This document shows positions 41,807 to 55,579 of a DNA stretch of 64,000 nucleotides, in pieces. A program made the position numbers and the translations under genes. The DNA comes from Octopus vulgaris (taxonomy: Eukaryota): contig OX597819.1 in NCBI GenBank assembly GCA_951406725.2, forward strand, positions 2,108,001 to 2,172,000. Direction: 5' to 3'. Each line of letters starts with the position of its first letter. Position 1 is the first letter of the stretch. The notes under the pieces were generated by a model. The model worked only from the letters and a program-made list of their open reading frames with translations. It was not told the DNA's origin and made no database searches.

Positions 41807-43376
41807 CGGGAAGGTTTACGAAAATAAACATAAGACGAAGGCAGGTGGAGTACAAACAAACAAACATGTATTAGTATGGCGCTCGGGAATAGAAATAGAA
41901 AAAGTATTTTACGTTTCGAGCCTACGCTCTTCGACAGAAAGATACACAGAAAAAAAACAAGGAGAGATAAAAATGCGTGTAGGAGCTAACGGTCCATCAT
42001 GGCGTTCTGACTTCAGAGGTCAGAGGTCAGACGTTAGACGCTAGAGGGATAGTAGGGGAGATAACAGGGTCAAGTGACTTCGCCCCAACACGAAGGTGCG
42101 TGTGTGTATAAGAGAGTATGTATGTGCGTGTGAAGAAGGGCTGGTGGTCTGGACGTGTGTATGTATGTATGTATGTATGTATGTATGTGTGGGTGTGGAG
42201 ATATGGGGATGGGTGTGTGGGCTGTGTGCTGTGGGTGGTGTGTTGTGATGTTGTGGGGAGGTGGGGGCGAGAGTGGGGAAAGCCCATGTGTGGTGTGGAT
42301 TCGGCTGGGGGGTGGGGTAGAGTGGGGGTTGTGGGGAGAGTGAGAGGGGGAGAGAAGAGAGAGGAGGGGAGAAGGGAGGGAAGAGATTAGATGGGGGGGG
42401 GGAGGGGATGATGAGATGAGATGAGGGGGAGGGAGAGGAGGAGAAGGGGAGAGGAGGAGAAGGAGGGGAGGAGAGAGAGGAGAGGAGGAGAAGGAGGGAG
42501 AGGAGGGAGAGGAGGAGAAAGAGGAGGGATGGGCGGGTAGGGGAGAGAAGGGGAGTGAGGGAGCAGAGAGAAAGAGAGAAGGGGGGAGAGGGAAGAAGAA
42601 AGAAGAAGGGGGAAAAAGGGAAAGAAGGGAAGAGGAGGGAAAGAGAGTATGGGTGAAAAGATAAAGGACTGAAGAGAAGTAGGAGTCGGGGAGGTTAGAT
42701 GAAAAGGGGGGGAGAGTTGAGCCCAAATGGCGTGAAAGAGCGAAGAGAGATGATTAATCCCTGTTCCGAACACAGACATGTGTTGCAAGGAGTGACCGGT
42801 GGAGCGGAAATGGCGTGAGACTGGGGTGTCATTGGCGAGGCGGATGTCTCGGAGGTGTTCCGCGAACCGGTCAGCCAAGCGGCGTCCCGTTTGTCCGATG
42901 TACAGGGAATGGCAGAGAGAGCAGGAGATGCAATAGATGATATTGCTGGAGGTGCAGGTGAAGGAGTCGATGATGGGTGCCGGTGAGGAGGGTGGTGTTG
43001 GAGAGGTAAGGGCAAGTGCGGCAACGTGGGCGGGAGCAGGGGAACGAGCCAGGTTGGGAGGTAGGGTCAGGGAAGAAGCTGTGGACCAAGAGGTCTCGTA
43101 GGTTATGGGCTCGTTTGAAGGAGGGGAGGGTCGGTTCGGGAAGAGGTGTGAAGTGGACGGGTTGGACTGGAGATGCCGGAAAGCTCGAAGAATGGTGCGT
43201 TGATGGTTGGGTGGTAAGCTCGAAGAATTGTGCGTTAGTGGTGGGGTGGTAAGTGAGGGGAAAAGGGAAGTGGGAGACTGCAAGGCGGGTTCGGGGGGAG
43301 AGAGTAGATGCACGATCTACAGAACGTGCTCTGGCAAGGGCGGTGTGGATAGTGGTGAGGGGGTATCCACGTAGGA

Positions 43377-43378
<2 letters not shown>
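41806..43378 (-). mobile_element. 5'-truncated Penelope-like element (Neptune-type) with GIY-YIG endonuclease, polypyrimidine 3' region and pLTR
   Basis: PCSRPRCRTC finger, FTCTSSNIIYCISCSLCHSLYIGQTGRRLADRFAEH, EQGLIISLRSFTPFGLN in shifted frames; (TA)n on both sides. Confidence 0.9.
41905..41942 (-). ncRNA. Minimal HHR variant in PLE pLTR
   Basis: Same motif as 30071-30108 with one stem I mismatch. Confidence 0.6.
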
Positions 43379-43419
<41 letters not shown>

Positions 43420-43422
43420 CAT

Positions 43423-43508
<86 letters not shown>

Positions 43509-43534
43509 TGAGCTCACGAGCTGTGGCCATGCAT

Positions 43535-43681
43535 ATTTCAAATTCCGCCGAGGTCGACTTTGCCTTTCATCCTTTCGGGGCCGATTAAATAAGTACCAGT
43601 TACATACTGAGATAGATGCAATCGACTTAATCTCTTAGTATGTCCTTGTTTGTCCCCCCTATGTTTAGGCCCCTGTGGGCA

Positions 43682-43686
<5 letters not shown>
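43535..43686 (+). mobile_element. SINE family A variant with Tx1-like 3' tail
   Basis: Family A body followed by tgtttaggcccctgtgggcaataaa. Confidence 0.75.
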
Positions 43687-43741
<55 letters not shown>

Positions 43742-43835
43742 CGTACAGATCCGTGATAGAAAATTCAACAAAAAAGTGCTCCATCTGGTGAGAGATAAAT
43801 ATTATTTATTTAAAGGTCACAATATATGTATTAAA

Positions 43836-43888
43836 GCGCTACTAATAGCTTCGTATGTTGAGAGAACGCAAACATATTCTTCAGACTC
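43836..43888 (-). ncRNA. Degenerate HHR-like motif
   Basis: GAGU CUGAAGA AUAUGUUUG..CAACAUAC GAAGCUAUUAGUA GCGC; GAAA mutated to GAAG. Confidence 0.5.
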
Positions 43889-44084
43889 AAACCACATATC
43901 ACGAATTAAAGAAATCGAATATATAAATAATTTAATTCAAAGAGAGTTAGAGGTTGTGAATCCAACCAACTAAGGGATACTATCTATCCAATATACTGCT
44001 GGTAGAATACCTAATTATAGAAGTGTTGGTTATTACTGAGTATAATAATTAGGCGAGGGTAATAAGTGGTTTTACCCTTAATTT

Positions 44085-45560
44085 ATATGGCAAGAAGAAA
44101 ATGGAGGGAATCCAAAATTAGTATTCATCAGCTGTTAGCCATTATAGTATGTCTATTTATTTATTTTAAGCAGTTTAGATAATATATAAATATATGTGTA
44201 AAGTATTAGTAATTTCTAGAATAGAGAAAGAAGTGCACTTCTTACAGCTGTTTCAGCCAAGAGGTCACAGTACCCCATATGTTATTTCCATCATTTCTTG
44301 TAGCAATCTGTAGATACAATTAGGGTACTTGGGTATGCCTCTAGGTTTCGTCATAGAGTTTTATAAAATAGACCAAGAGTGGTTAACTATATATATATAT
44401 ATACACACATTTACATATATACATATACACCCATACATAAATATATATACACACATGCATGTATATATGTATGCACATACTTATAACAGAATTAGTTATT
44501 AGTAGGTGTAGTACAATATTCTTATTAGAGAATGCATAAAAAGAGAAAGAGAAATAATAGTATAATGGAAGAAAATAGTTGAATTTGAGAGGGGTACAGT
44601 ATTTTAGAACTGAAAATGCACATAAAAGAACAAATACATATATATACACATACATACATATGTATATACGCCAATATATATACATACATATTTCATGCGT
44701 TAGATAAGGTGTATTCCTGCAGTGGTTCGTATTGTCCTTGCATATAAATGAATAAATGAAGGAAGGAAGGAATGTACACACATAGATATACATATACATA
44801 TACATAAATATATGATGTGTTTATAGTTGAGGGCCTGAAATTATGGCTCCCATTATGGGGTTAAATTTTATATCAATAGTTATGATAGCAGTTGGTACTA
44901 AATAAGTAAATGCATTAAATCTCCGGGCAGTTATCAAGATACCGTTTTATCTTCCGTTATTTTTTTTCGTTATTCTATAGTTGCCAAGTTGCTGAATCCC
45001 TATTGGTAATGGTGGGGGTTGTGGTCATTCACGTAATCTAATTGGTCAGTTATTTTATTTGAAAGGCCATGATGTTGCTATGGTTAGTTGTGGTTAACAG
45101 ATAACATAAACAAACTATATAAAAATTTATATATGCATAAAAACATAGTAACCATAGATAGGTATGAGAGTAAAAATTGATATTGAGACTTATGCTCAGT
45201 GGTCAGAAGTTGGAGGATTATATTAAATTAAGAATTATAGAAGTAAAAATTGATGAGCATATACGTTAGTGAGTATAATACTAGGTTATAGTGATATGAC
45301 TAGGATATGTGGATTTTAGATTGTTTGCAAGAAATAAGGTATTATAAATGTATGAAACCGTATATTATAAATGTGAAAAATTGTATCCCCTTGGCTGAAA
45401 CAGCTGTAAGAAATTGCTCTTCTTTCTTTATTCTAGAAATTACTAATACTTTATACATGTATTATCTGAACTGTTTAAAATATTATAAATAGACATAATA
45501 TAATGTCTAACAGCTGATGAATACTACCTCTGGATTCCCTCCATTTTCTTCTTGCCATAT
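44085..45560. mobile_element. Inverted ~180-bp pLTR-like arms around a ~1.1-kb spacer, HHR-bearing
   Basis: 44085-44264 and 45388-45560 are reverse complements; both carry GAAACAGCTGTA. Confidence 0.8.
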
Positions 45561-45604
45561 ATGTATATATATATTGAATATATTGAATATATATATAATA
45601 TATA

Positions 45605-46060
45605 TTGCATATAATCCGTATTCAATTACTAGATGAAAAGAAATGGAGAGTTGAAAGTTAATAATTATTTATCAATAAATTGTTAATTTTTACTTCCTAC
45701 AGTTGTTTCCATTTGTACTCATTAGATAAATTACAAATTTATGCTTTAAATTTGCATTTATAAGATATGAACAAAGTTTCACCAGGGAAAAAGATATACA
45801 ATAATAGATTACATGTTGACCTCTTAGTTCATACCAGCAGACAAAATATAGGGAGTTCTCTCTCTCCATGATGATATTTTGTTCATATTTTATAAATGCA
45901 AATTTTAAACATAAATTTGTAACTCATTTAATGAGCACAAATGAAAATAGCTGTAAGAAGTAACAATTATCAATTTATTAATAAATAATTATTAACTTTC
46001 TACTCGCTTTTTTCTTTTTTCTTTCTTCTATTAATTGAGTACGGATTATATGCATAATAT
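45605..46060. mobile_element. Foldback element with an HHR-like motif in each arm
   Basis: Minus 45693-45790: UUCC CUGGUGA..long stem II..GAAACAACUGUA GGAA. Plus 45862-45960: CAUGAUGA..GAAAAUAGCUGUA AGAAG. Confidence 0.8.
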
Positions 46061-46189
46061 ATACCTATTGATTAGGGAAATTTTACTTCACCAAAATATT
46101 TGGTATAGAACCAGTGTTTTCTTGGATGTAATCATCCTTTTGAGAGGTTAATATATCCTCTAATTAATTTATACACACACACGCACTCA

Positions 46190-46239
<50 letters not shown>

Positions 46240-46243
46240 CACA

Positions 46244-47512
46244 CGAGGTGGCATGAATAAGTTCCCTGAGTAGTTATTTTTGATTTAAAAATATATATTT
46301 ACCTACGTTTTAACATTGTCTCCTTCGAAATAGTGAACTTGAGCGGCAATACACCGGTCCAACTTTTGGGATCTGGCCTGGAAGTCGTTTTCCGTAATCG
46401 AGTGGAGGACCTTCGGCGATTCGCTCTCGATCTCAACAATGGTATTAAAATGGCGACCATCGAGCTGAATTTTCGTTTTGAGGAAGAGATGGGTGTCCGC
46501 AAGAGCTAAATCTGGCGAATAGGGCTGTTGCGGAAGCGATTCCATGTTTTGGCGAGAAACTCAGGAGTGAGGAGAGCTCGGGGACAGGGTGCATTGTCGT
46601 CCTGAAGAATCCAATTCTTCGCACTCCACAGAACCGGTCGCTTTTGCCGAATGTCCTCCCTCAAACATTTCAAAATGTCGCAGTAGAGCTCTTGATTGAT
46701 GGTCTCGCCCGGGGGGGGGGGGGCAAATTCTCAATACACAATACCGTAGATGTCGGAAAAAACCGATGAGCATGCTCTTGATTGAGCTGCAGTTTTGTCA
46801 TGCCTTCTTCGGTCGTGGAGATGAAGGCCTCTTCCTTCATGATGACGGCTGCTTCGATTCAGGGTCGTACCCGTAGACCCAACCCTCATCACCGGTGATG
46901 ATTCTCGACATGAAGGGTGGGTCATAAGCGCACGCTGACGGAGATTTAGACAGGCTTCGACGCGATGTTCTCTCTGCTCAGTGGTCAGAAGTTGGAGGAC
47001 TAACTTAGCAGAGACACACCGCCTGTTCAATTCAGACGGACCCTTACGACAGACCAACAACATCACCAATGTCGTTGATTGTACCCCGACGATCCTCATG
47101 CACAAATTGATGAATTTTCACCACATTTTCGTGAGTGACGCTTGTGGCAGATCTTAAAGTTTGCTTATAGTCTTCCGCCTTTGAAGCACTCGTGCCACGG
47201 GAAACATTGCGTAAGACCCATTACCTCGACGTTGCAAGCTTGCCGAAGCATGCTCAATCTGTCTGTCGCTGGCTTCCAAAGTTTTCCGATAGCTGTTTGT
47301 TCGAACTTCCTGTCCATGACAAAATTACAGATTACAGCATACACCTGGTCACAAAAACACAAATTTCACATCTTGGGAAGTAAACACAGCGATTGTCATT
47401 TGGGACACTGCCTCACGAAGATCACTGCTAGCTCTCACTCCGCACACAACCGTGTGCTGTCACCTATTGGTGCGCTACAGAACTACTCCGGAAATGTTTT
47501 GATACCACCATC
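46244..47512 (-). mobile_element. Near full-length decayed mariner (Mos1-like) transposon
   Basis: CVSAKLVLQLLTTEQREHRVEAC, PYSPDLA; ~30-bp imperfect TIRs; ~1.27 kb. Confidence 0.85.
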
Positions 47513-47537
47513 TTGAATAATTATTGATCGATATTGA

Positions 47538-48165
<628 letters not shown>

Positions 48166-48273
48166 GCGATGCAATATAGAATGTGTATAATACATATGTA
48201 TAGTATGTGTAGATGGATGTCATTCTATATAGAATACACACAGATATCTTTATATGCATATGTATATATAGGA

Positions 48274-48320
<47 letters not shown>

Positions 48321-48336
48321 CACACATACATATGTA

Positions 48337-48383
<47 letters not shown>

Positions 48384-48760
48384 GTGTGTAAATATATATA
48401 AATATATATATATACACAGCAACACACACATGTATAGAAATATTTAAGTGAGTGTACATGCATGTGTGAGTACATGGCTGTAAGTGTGATGCATTGTGCT
48501 TACGTGCATATACATTTACGGATATATAAATATATAATATACATGAAAATTGGTAATTTCATTATATACTATATCAGAAGTCGACATCTTCGTGAATTAT
48601 TTCACTGGGTAAATATTTCAGAATATAACATTTTCTTACGAGTTCGTTGTATTGTATGTGAAATGTATAGAAACTACTAGCAAGTATATATAAATATACA
48701 TACACATACACATATATACATATATATGCATATCTGTTTATGCGTGTGTGCATTATTATT

Positions 48761-48809
<49 letters not shown>

Positions 48810-48840
48810 TACACACATATATGTATGTAAGTATATATAC

Positions 48841-48871
<31 letters not shown>

Positions 48872-48940
48872 GTATGTAAATACATATGCATATATATATG
48901 TATATATATATGTATGTATCTATCTATACGTATATATATA

Positions 48941-48988
<48 letters not shown>

Positions 48989-49568
48989 TGTATGTATGTA
49001 TGTATAAATATATATATATATTATATATATATATACGTATAGATATATATATATATATATAGATAGATAGATAGATAGATAAACACATACATAAACAGAC
49101 AGACTGATTGCATGTTGCGCATATGTGTGCATATATATATATATATATATCAAATATACATCATAAATATATGTATATAAAATGCATGTGTGTATGTATA
49201 TGTATATACATACACATATATATACACACCATGTATATATACATATATATATATATATGAATATATTTGTATGTATGTATGTATGTATGTATGTATACAT
49301 GCATGTGTAAAATATACTAACGTATAATTAATACATAAGGTATATATAATTTTTAAACAAGAGAAACTTTAAAAAATAAGAAAACATATTTACTCCTGTA
49401 CTTCTGTTCAGTTTCTCTTGTTTACAGAAATTTACAAAAGCTTCAAAGTGCATACAACTCCACGCCCACACGCGCACACACACACACATACATATATATT
49501 TACAATTCATATATAATATATATCGTGTATGTATAAATATATATATATATATGTATGTATATATATAA

Positions 49569-49615
<47 letters not shown>

Positions 49616-49665
49616 GATATGTGTATAAAGCATATATATTTACATACATATATATATATGCATAC

Positions 49666-49748
<83 letters not shown>

Positions 49749-49810
49749 CGTGTGTGTATATATAGATATGTGTATAAATGCATATATATTTACATACATA
49801 TATATATATA

Positions 49811-49862
<52 letters not shown>

Positions 49863-50252
49863 TGAACTATTATATGCATATATGATATATACGATATATA
49901 TATATACATATGTAGGAAAATTCATACAAATATATGGACAAATACGCGCCTGTTTTTAGTTATTTAAAATTATTTGCTGTTTATTCTTATATTTAACAGC
50001 GAGTGCATATAGTGTCAGCTTGCAGCAATTTGCATGCATATATTTATGTATATATATATATATCTAGGGACGATTAGCTGGATGAATAGACGGACGACTA
50101 GAGTTAACGAGTCACGTTTTCCGTTACTCAGATGCATGCGTATGAATATATATGTAGGGCTGTATATAATCACGCATAAACACAAAACACATGTAGACAT
50201 ATAGCCACACACATACACACAATGATATATATATATATATGCGCACACACAA

Positions 50253-50294
<42 letters not shown>

Positions 50295-50830
50295 TAATAC
50301 GCATAGTATAAATCATAGTATAAATGTGGGTATTTAGTTGTTACTTCGAATGATGCATGTATTAGAGAGTAGCAGATGTATTAACACTTATCTACGCGTA
50401 GACAAATCAACTTTCAGTTCAATACGTTGATATACATACATTTATGTATACACCCATCCCACCAACAACTAATCCGTCCAACCATCCATGCATTTCTCCC
50501 ATACATATGTGCATACATACACAGATACGTACATACATACATACATACATACATACATACATACATACATACATACATACATACATACGTACATTCATAC
50601 ATACATACATACATACATACATTTAGACATAGTACATACATACATACATACATACATACATACATACATACATACATACATACATACATACATACATACA
50701 TACATACATACATACATACATACATACATAGACAAACAGGCAGACACGCAGACAGGCAGACAGGCAGACAGGCAGATAAACAGATAGATAGACAGACAGT
50801 CAGGCAGACAGAATATACTGTATGAATAGA
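48166..50830. repeat. Compound (TA)n/(TG)n/(CATA)n/(GACA)n microsatellite field
   Basis: Directly visible; source of spurious YIYI/MYVC ORFs. Confidence 0.95.
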
Positions 50831-52379
50831 CAAAGAACTGGATGTTTTTGTAATAGATTTTGTTTAAAAATATGAATTATTTGAGTTTCTTCAATTTCCT
50901 TAAATTAATATCATTTAAAGGCCTCAAATATATAGTTCATTCTTTCCCCATTTCATTTCTTGTTTCCCCGCTGTTTGATGTTAATTAGAAAAATATAGAA
51001 AATAAATACATCGCAAACATGTAAATTCCTTTTTATCTGCCATATATTACCACTGTATATGAATGTGTGCCTTGTTAACAATATGCTTACACATTTCTGC
51101 TAAGCACGTATCTCCCTCATTCAGCATATGTGTATGCGTATGCGTGGGGTGTGGGAATGGTGATTGCTGGATTGTTTTATCTTAATTCCTTCTAAATAGT
51201 ATTCTATGAAATTGCCAAAAGCAGAAATGAGGAAGTGATGTAGAGTAATTTGCTTTGTAGAATCACATGATGTGCCACGTTTTCAGCCAATCTCTAAGTG
51301 CTAGTGGTGCTACTACAGCTACACGACTATCAATGCTATTCGCTTTCACTACTAAATAGCAAAGAGGGAAAATGAAATTATTTCGAGCTAAAATCTATTT
51401 TGAAAAACAAATAAATTAAATTCTATTTATCCGTTTTCCACACATTCTTCAGAATTAGAGAAAAGAAAACTTTCTCTTAATTTTTACTTCCTCTTCTCCT
51501 GTAACTGAATATTTCATCAGATTACGAGTTTTTAATTCAAGACACTTAATTAGAGAAAAATAGTTAATCTTATATATCAATAAACAAATTAAAATATTTC
51601 ACATTATTTACCGCCCACAGCGTTCACAATAGACTCGGAAGAGATGGTATTTTACATTATTTTATTCTTCAAGTGTACAGGCTTACGAGACTGCATTTAC
51701 AAAATCTAACTGCATTCTATCTATTGAAATATACTTCACAACATCTGTTTAATAAATTACATTCCACTTTCTCTCTATTCACATTGAAACTATTGAAAAC
51801 GATGCTCTTATCTTCTATTTGCATGTTACATTTTTTCAGTACAATTCATTCACACAGATCTGAAATGTATCTGCATTCTATGAATTTAGACCACAGAAGC
51901 AACTTCTTCGATTTTTTTGATTTTTTTACATATTTTGTGTAATATTTCGAATTAATAACAGCAAAAGTGACATAGTTCCAGCATACAATATCAGAGTACA
52001 ATGGTCTTAAGTACATAAGCGGCGAGAATTGTTGAATTGTTTTACTTAAAGTTATACTCTAAAATAAACCCTTTTAAAGAAGCTACAAATTCCTTAGAAA
52101 TAAATAGTACTGTGGATACGAATGAAAGTTAATTTATAAGAAATTTCGTGTTATGGGTTTTTTTAATAGCGATTGTCATATTAAATTAAATTGTTGCTTA
52201 GAAGTCTTGACCAAGCTGTTGGTAATTCTATATCTTCTCTTAAAACAAAGCAATACATAAATTTGACTGTAAAACGACGAAATGCCACTGCAGATTGTAT
52301 GTACGGTATCGAGATTTCTTGGTTGAGAAGACAGGAAGTAATGGAACGGAAGATTGAAGAAAGCTGAACATGTCCACCA

Positions 52380-52470
52380 AAGTTGCTCGCAAAAATACAA
52401 GTGGAAGAAGTTGCTCGCAAAAATACAAGTGGAAGAAGTTGCTCGCAAAAATACAAGTGGAATAAGTTGC
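52380..52470. repeat. 28-bp tandem repeat, ~3 copies
   Basis: aagttgctcgcaaaaatacaagtggaag repeated. Confidence 0.9.
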
Positions 52471-52989
52471 TTGAAGATAAAATTAGTTTCAGACACTGTA
52501 TGTTTAATTTGAAGAAGCAAATGGGGATTGTTTATGTTTATGGTATTTTCATAAAAAGACTTCACAGAACCGAGTATCGTGAATAAAATTCTAAATCGGA
52601 TGTGTCAGACTCATTTGTCTTGGCTGTCCAGATTGAAATATAAGTTAGATCTCACGGACCAGATAGGGGCAATAATTCCTAAAAACTCTATTCATAATAT
52701 AGGCCAAGGTAAATGGATAACGGAATTAATATGCATTATAATAACTTCTATTAGCAATAACCAAAGTAAATATTATGGAGCGGAGTAGCAAATGTTGTGT
52801 GCAGAAGTATGTGGAAAACACTCCTCCACCAAGTGACATATACAGTTCTACCAAGTTAGAGTCTTTAGAGTCAGAACATAGATAAACATATTCAAGTGAT
52901 TGACTGAATGCTCATCTTGTTTCGGCCGATATTGTATGTTGGAACTATGTCACTTGTGTTGTTTTAAACCATTCTATTACTTCAAAATA

Positions 52990-53053
<64 letters not shown>

Positions 53054-54469
53054 GTGTTAAATGCCATTGTACGAATTTGTTTTTAAAGGATCTAATTTTG
53101 TTTTTTGTTCTTTATCGATACAGCAAAATATGGTAATTCAATATTGAAGTATTATTACTCCAGCCACCAATAATTCCGTGTCATTTGTAAACAGATATAT
53201 ACCAAATTGTGCCTTTACTACCATTTATGATAATAGATGTTAACTCTACCGCTGAAGTTATTGTATCTGTAGCTTCAGACAACATTCGATACTGCAGAAA
53301 TTAACGTTCAGTGCAGCTACATATTTGTTCACAAGAAATTGCCTCCATTTTACTGTGTAAACATTAACATTCCTTGCCAGCGATTATCAGTTTAATATGT
53401 TGTGTATTATCAGTAAAAGCTGCACAGAGATGAATGACGTCGGTGGTTAAAGGGGTTAAAAAATATGGAACTGAATTAGATTGTGCCTATTTCTATAAAC
53501 AATTCAAAAAGGAACACAAAAGAAAAGATGTATCCGTTTTAAAGAATTTATGTATATGTTCAAAGTTTTTAATATATCTAGAGCACAATAAAAATATATT
53601 GATAAAATATTATTAATCGAAAGTATTAATAATCGAAAATTAAACATAGAAAAATTTACTCAGAAAAATACGAAAAACTTTTTGAAACAAAAAATTAATA
53701 GATTTTTTTTTATGAAAATAGTCTAGAAAAGTAAATCATTTATCGGAAAATATTAGTTGGAAATAATATAAGAACAAAAGATTGTGGTGGAGCAATATTT
53801 GGGGATGGATGTTATATTGGCAGCAAGCCAAGTCATTTTGGAAAGAAATAATTTTATCTTCGATCGAATTCTGACGAAGCGATTGTGAGCCAGAAGGTCT
53901 CAGTGGCAATATCACTAAAACTTCAGTAAAATACGTTGGTTGGACGAAGCAGAGATAACATACAAACAAAATAGATTTTTTTTTATTTTTAAATTTGTTT
54001 TTCTTTGTTATTATTTTTTTATGTTTCTTTCATTGGCAATAGACAATTTGCAATGCAAACAGAGTAGCTGTAAATCTTCCGATGTAATTCGCAAAGTTCA
54101 AAAGTGATATTGGGAAGATAGATAAAAATATCGCTTACGGCAAAATATTTTTGTTGGTCATGGCCAGCAAAAGAATTATAAATACTCGCAGCTCCCATCA
54201 AAAACTCGTCAAATAGTCCATTGATTTTTTTTTTTTATTTCGCGCCCAACAAAATGTCGATATTCATAACAGGATCTTAAATACATTACGCCTCCTTTTC
54301 CATTCTTCTCCTTCTCTTGCCCCAACTACCCCTGTATGCATGGATATGTATGTATACATACTTACACAAACATACACACACATACGCCAGCGCACGCACA
54401 CTCACACACAGACACACAGACACACAGACTCACAGATATATGATATGTATTTTATCTTTAATGTTTTAT

Positions 54470-54940
54470 ATTTTACTTACTACAGTCACTAGACTGCAGC
54501 CATGCTGGGGCACCGCCTAGACGAATTTTTAGTCGAATATATTGACCTCAATACTTATTTGTTTTAAGGCCTTATTCTATTCTTATTTTATAGCTTAGCT
54601 TTGCTAAACCGCTAATTTACGGGGTCTTACACACACCAGTAGCAGTTGTTAAACGATTGAGGGGACACAAACACAGACACAAAAACAAACAAACATATAT
54701 ATACATATATGTGTGTGTGCGTGTGTGTTTGTGTGTGTGTTTGTGTGTGTTTGTGTGTGTGTGTACAGACATATATATATATATACATATATTTTTTTAT
54801 GTGTGTGAAGGTGCGTGGCTTAGTGGTTAGGGCATTCGACTCACGATTGTAAGTTTGTGAGTTCAATTCCCGGCGACGCATTGTGTCTTTGAGCAGGACA
54901 CTTTGTTTCACGTTGCTCCAGTTCACTCAGCTGGCAAAAA
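54470..54940. mobile_element. SINE family B 3' half (minus, 54470-54680) and another tRNA-type SINE head (plus, 54806-54940)
   Basis: gtggcttagtggttaggg A-box, gagttcaattccc B-box, tgtctttgagcaggacactt CORE-like block. Confidence 0.75.
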
Positions 54941-54976
54941 TTAGTTACTCTATAAAGGAGTCCCTATATATGTATG

Positions 54977-55012
<36 letters not shown>

Positions 55013-55057
55013 TGTATGTATGTATGTATGTATGTATGTATGTATGTATCTATATGT

Positions 55058-55092
<35 letters not shown>

Positions 55093-55094
<2 letters not shown>

Positions 55095-55431
55095 GGGAAG
55101 TATATTCGCCACCTAAATGTGGCTAACCCCTAAGGGTTGATGTTACTGTAGCTTGTAGCCTCAGGAAGACATCTCCTCCAGCTGGCTATTGACACACTAT
55201 CTGTGCCCTATCAGTATTTTCAAAGGGAAGTCATCACTCCCATCTCCAGCCTAACGCGATACCCAAGGACCCGAGTTTCTGGGTCATCAGCGTGTGGCAA
55301 CCACCGGTTGGCAATGGGAAGTGGTTTTAAATGCAAAGCCAGCTGGAGGAGACGTCTTCCTAGGGCTACAAGCTACACCAGCATCAACCCTTAGGGGTTA
55401 ACCACATTTAGGTGGCAAATATACTTCACGA
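55093..55431. mobile_element. MITE-like/foldback element with ~95-bp inverted arms
   Basis: 55093-55190 and 55333-55431 are near reverse complements. Confidence 0.8.
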
Positions 55432-55579
55432 TGTGTTGCAGCTACTGTTTATACATCGCTCAGAGATGTATTATTGCTTGTTTCCACTTTTTCGAGATCA
55501 GTGATTTTCATTACTGGAAAACGTATATATATTTGCATTGAGAACCACTTCCCATCGCCAACCTCTGCTTATCACTCTT

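Noticed and set aside
42070-42726. Pro/Ser/Leu-rich 218-aa ORF
   Set aside because: Translation of the polypyrimidine tract
52380-52470. 28-bp repeats as a CRISPR array
   Set aside because: No spacers; eukaryotic context; simple tandem duplication
52060-53460. piggyBac-like element ending GGGTTAA
   Set aside because: No convincing matching TIR or transposase motif
55265-55305. Hammerhead in the foldback spacer
   Set aside because: CTGATGA is present but stem I pairing and GAAA placement fail
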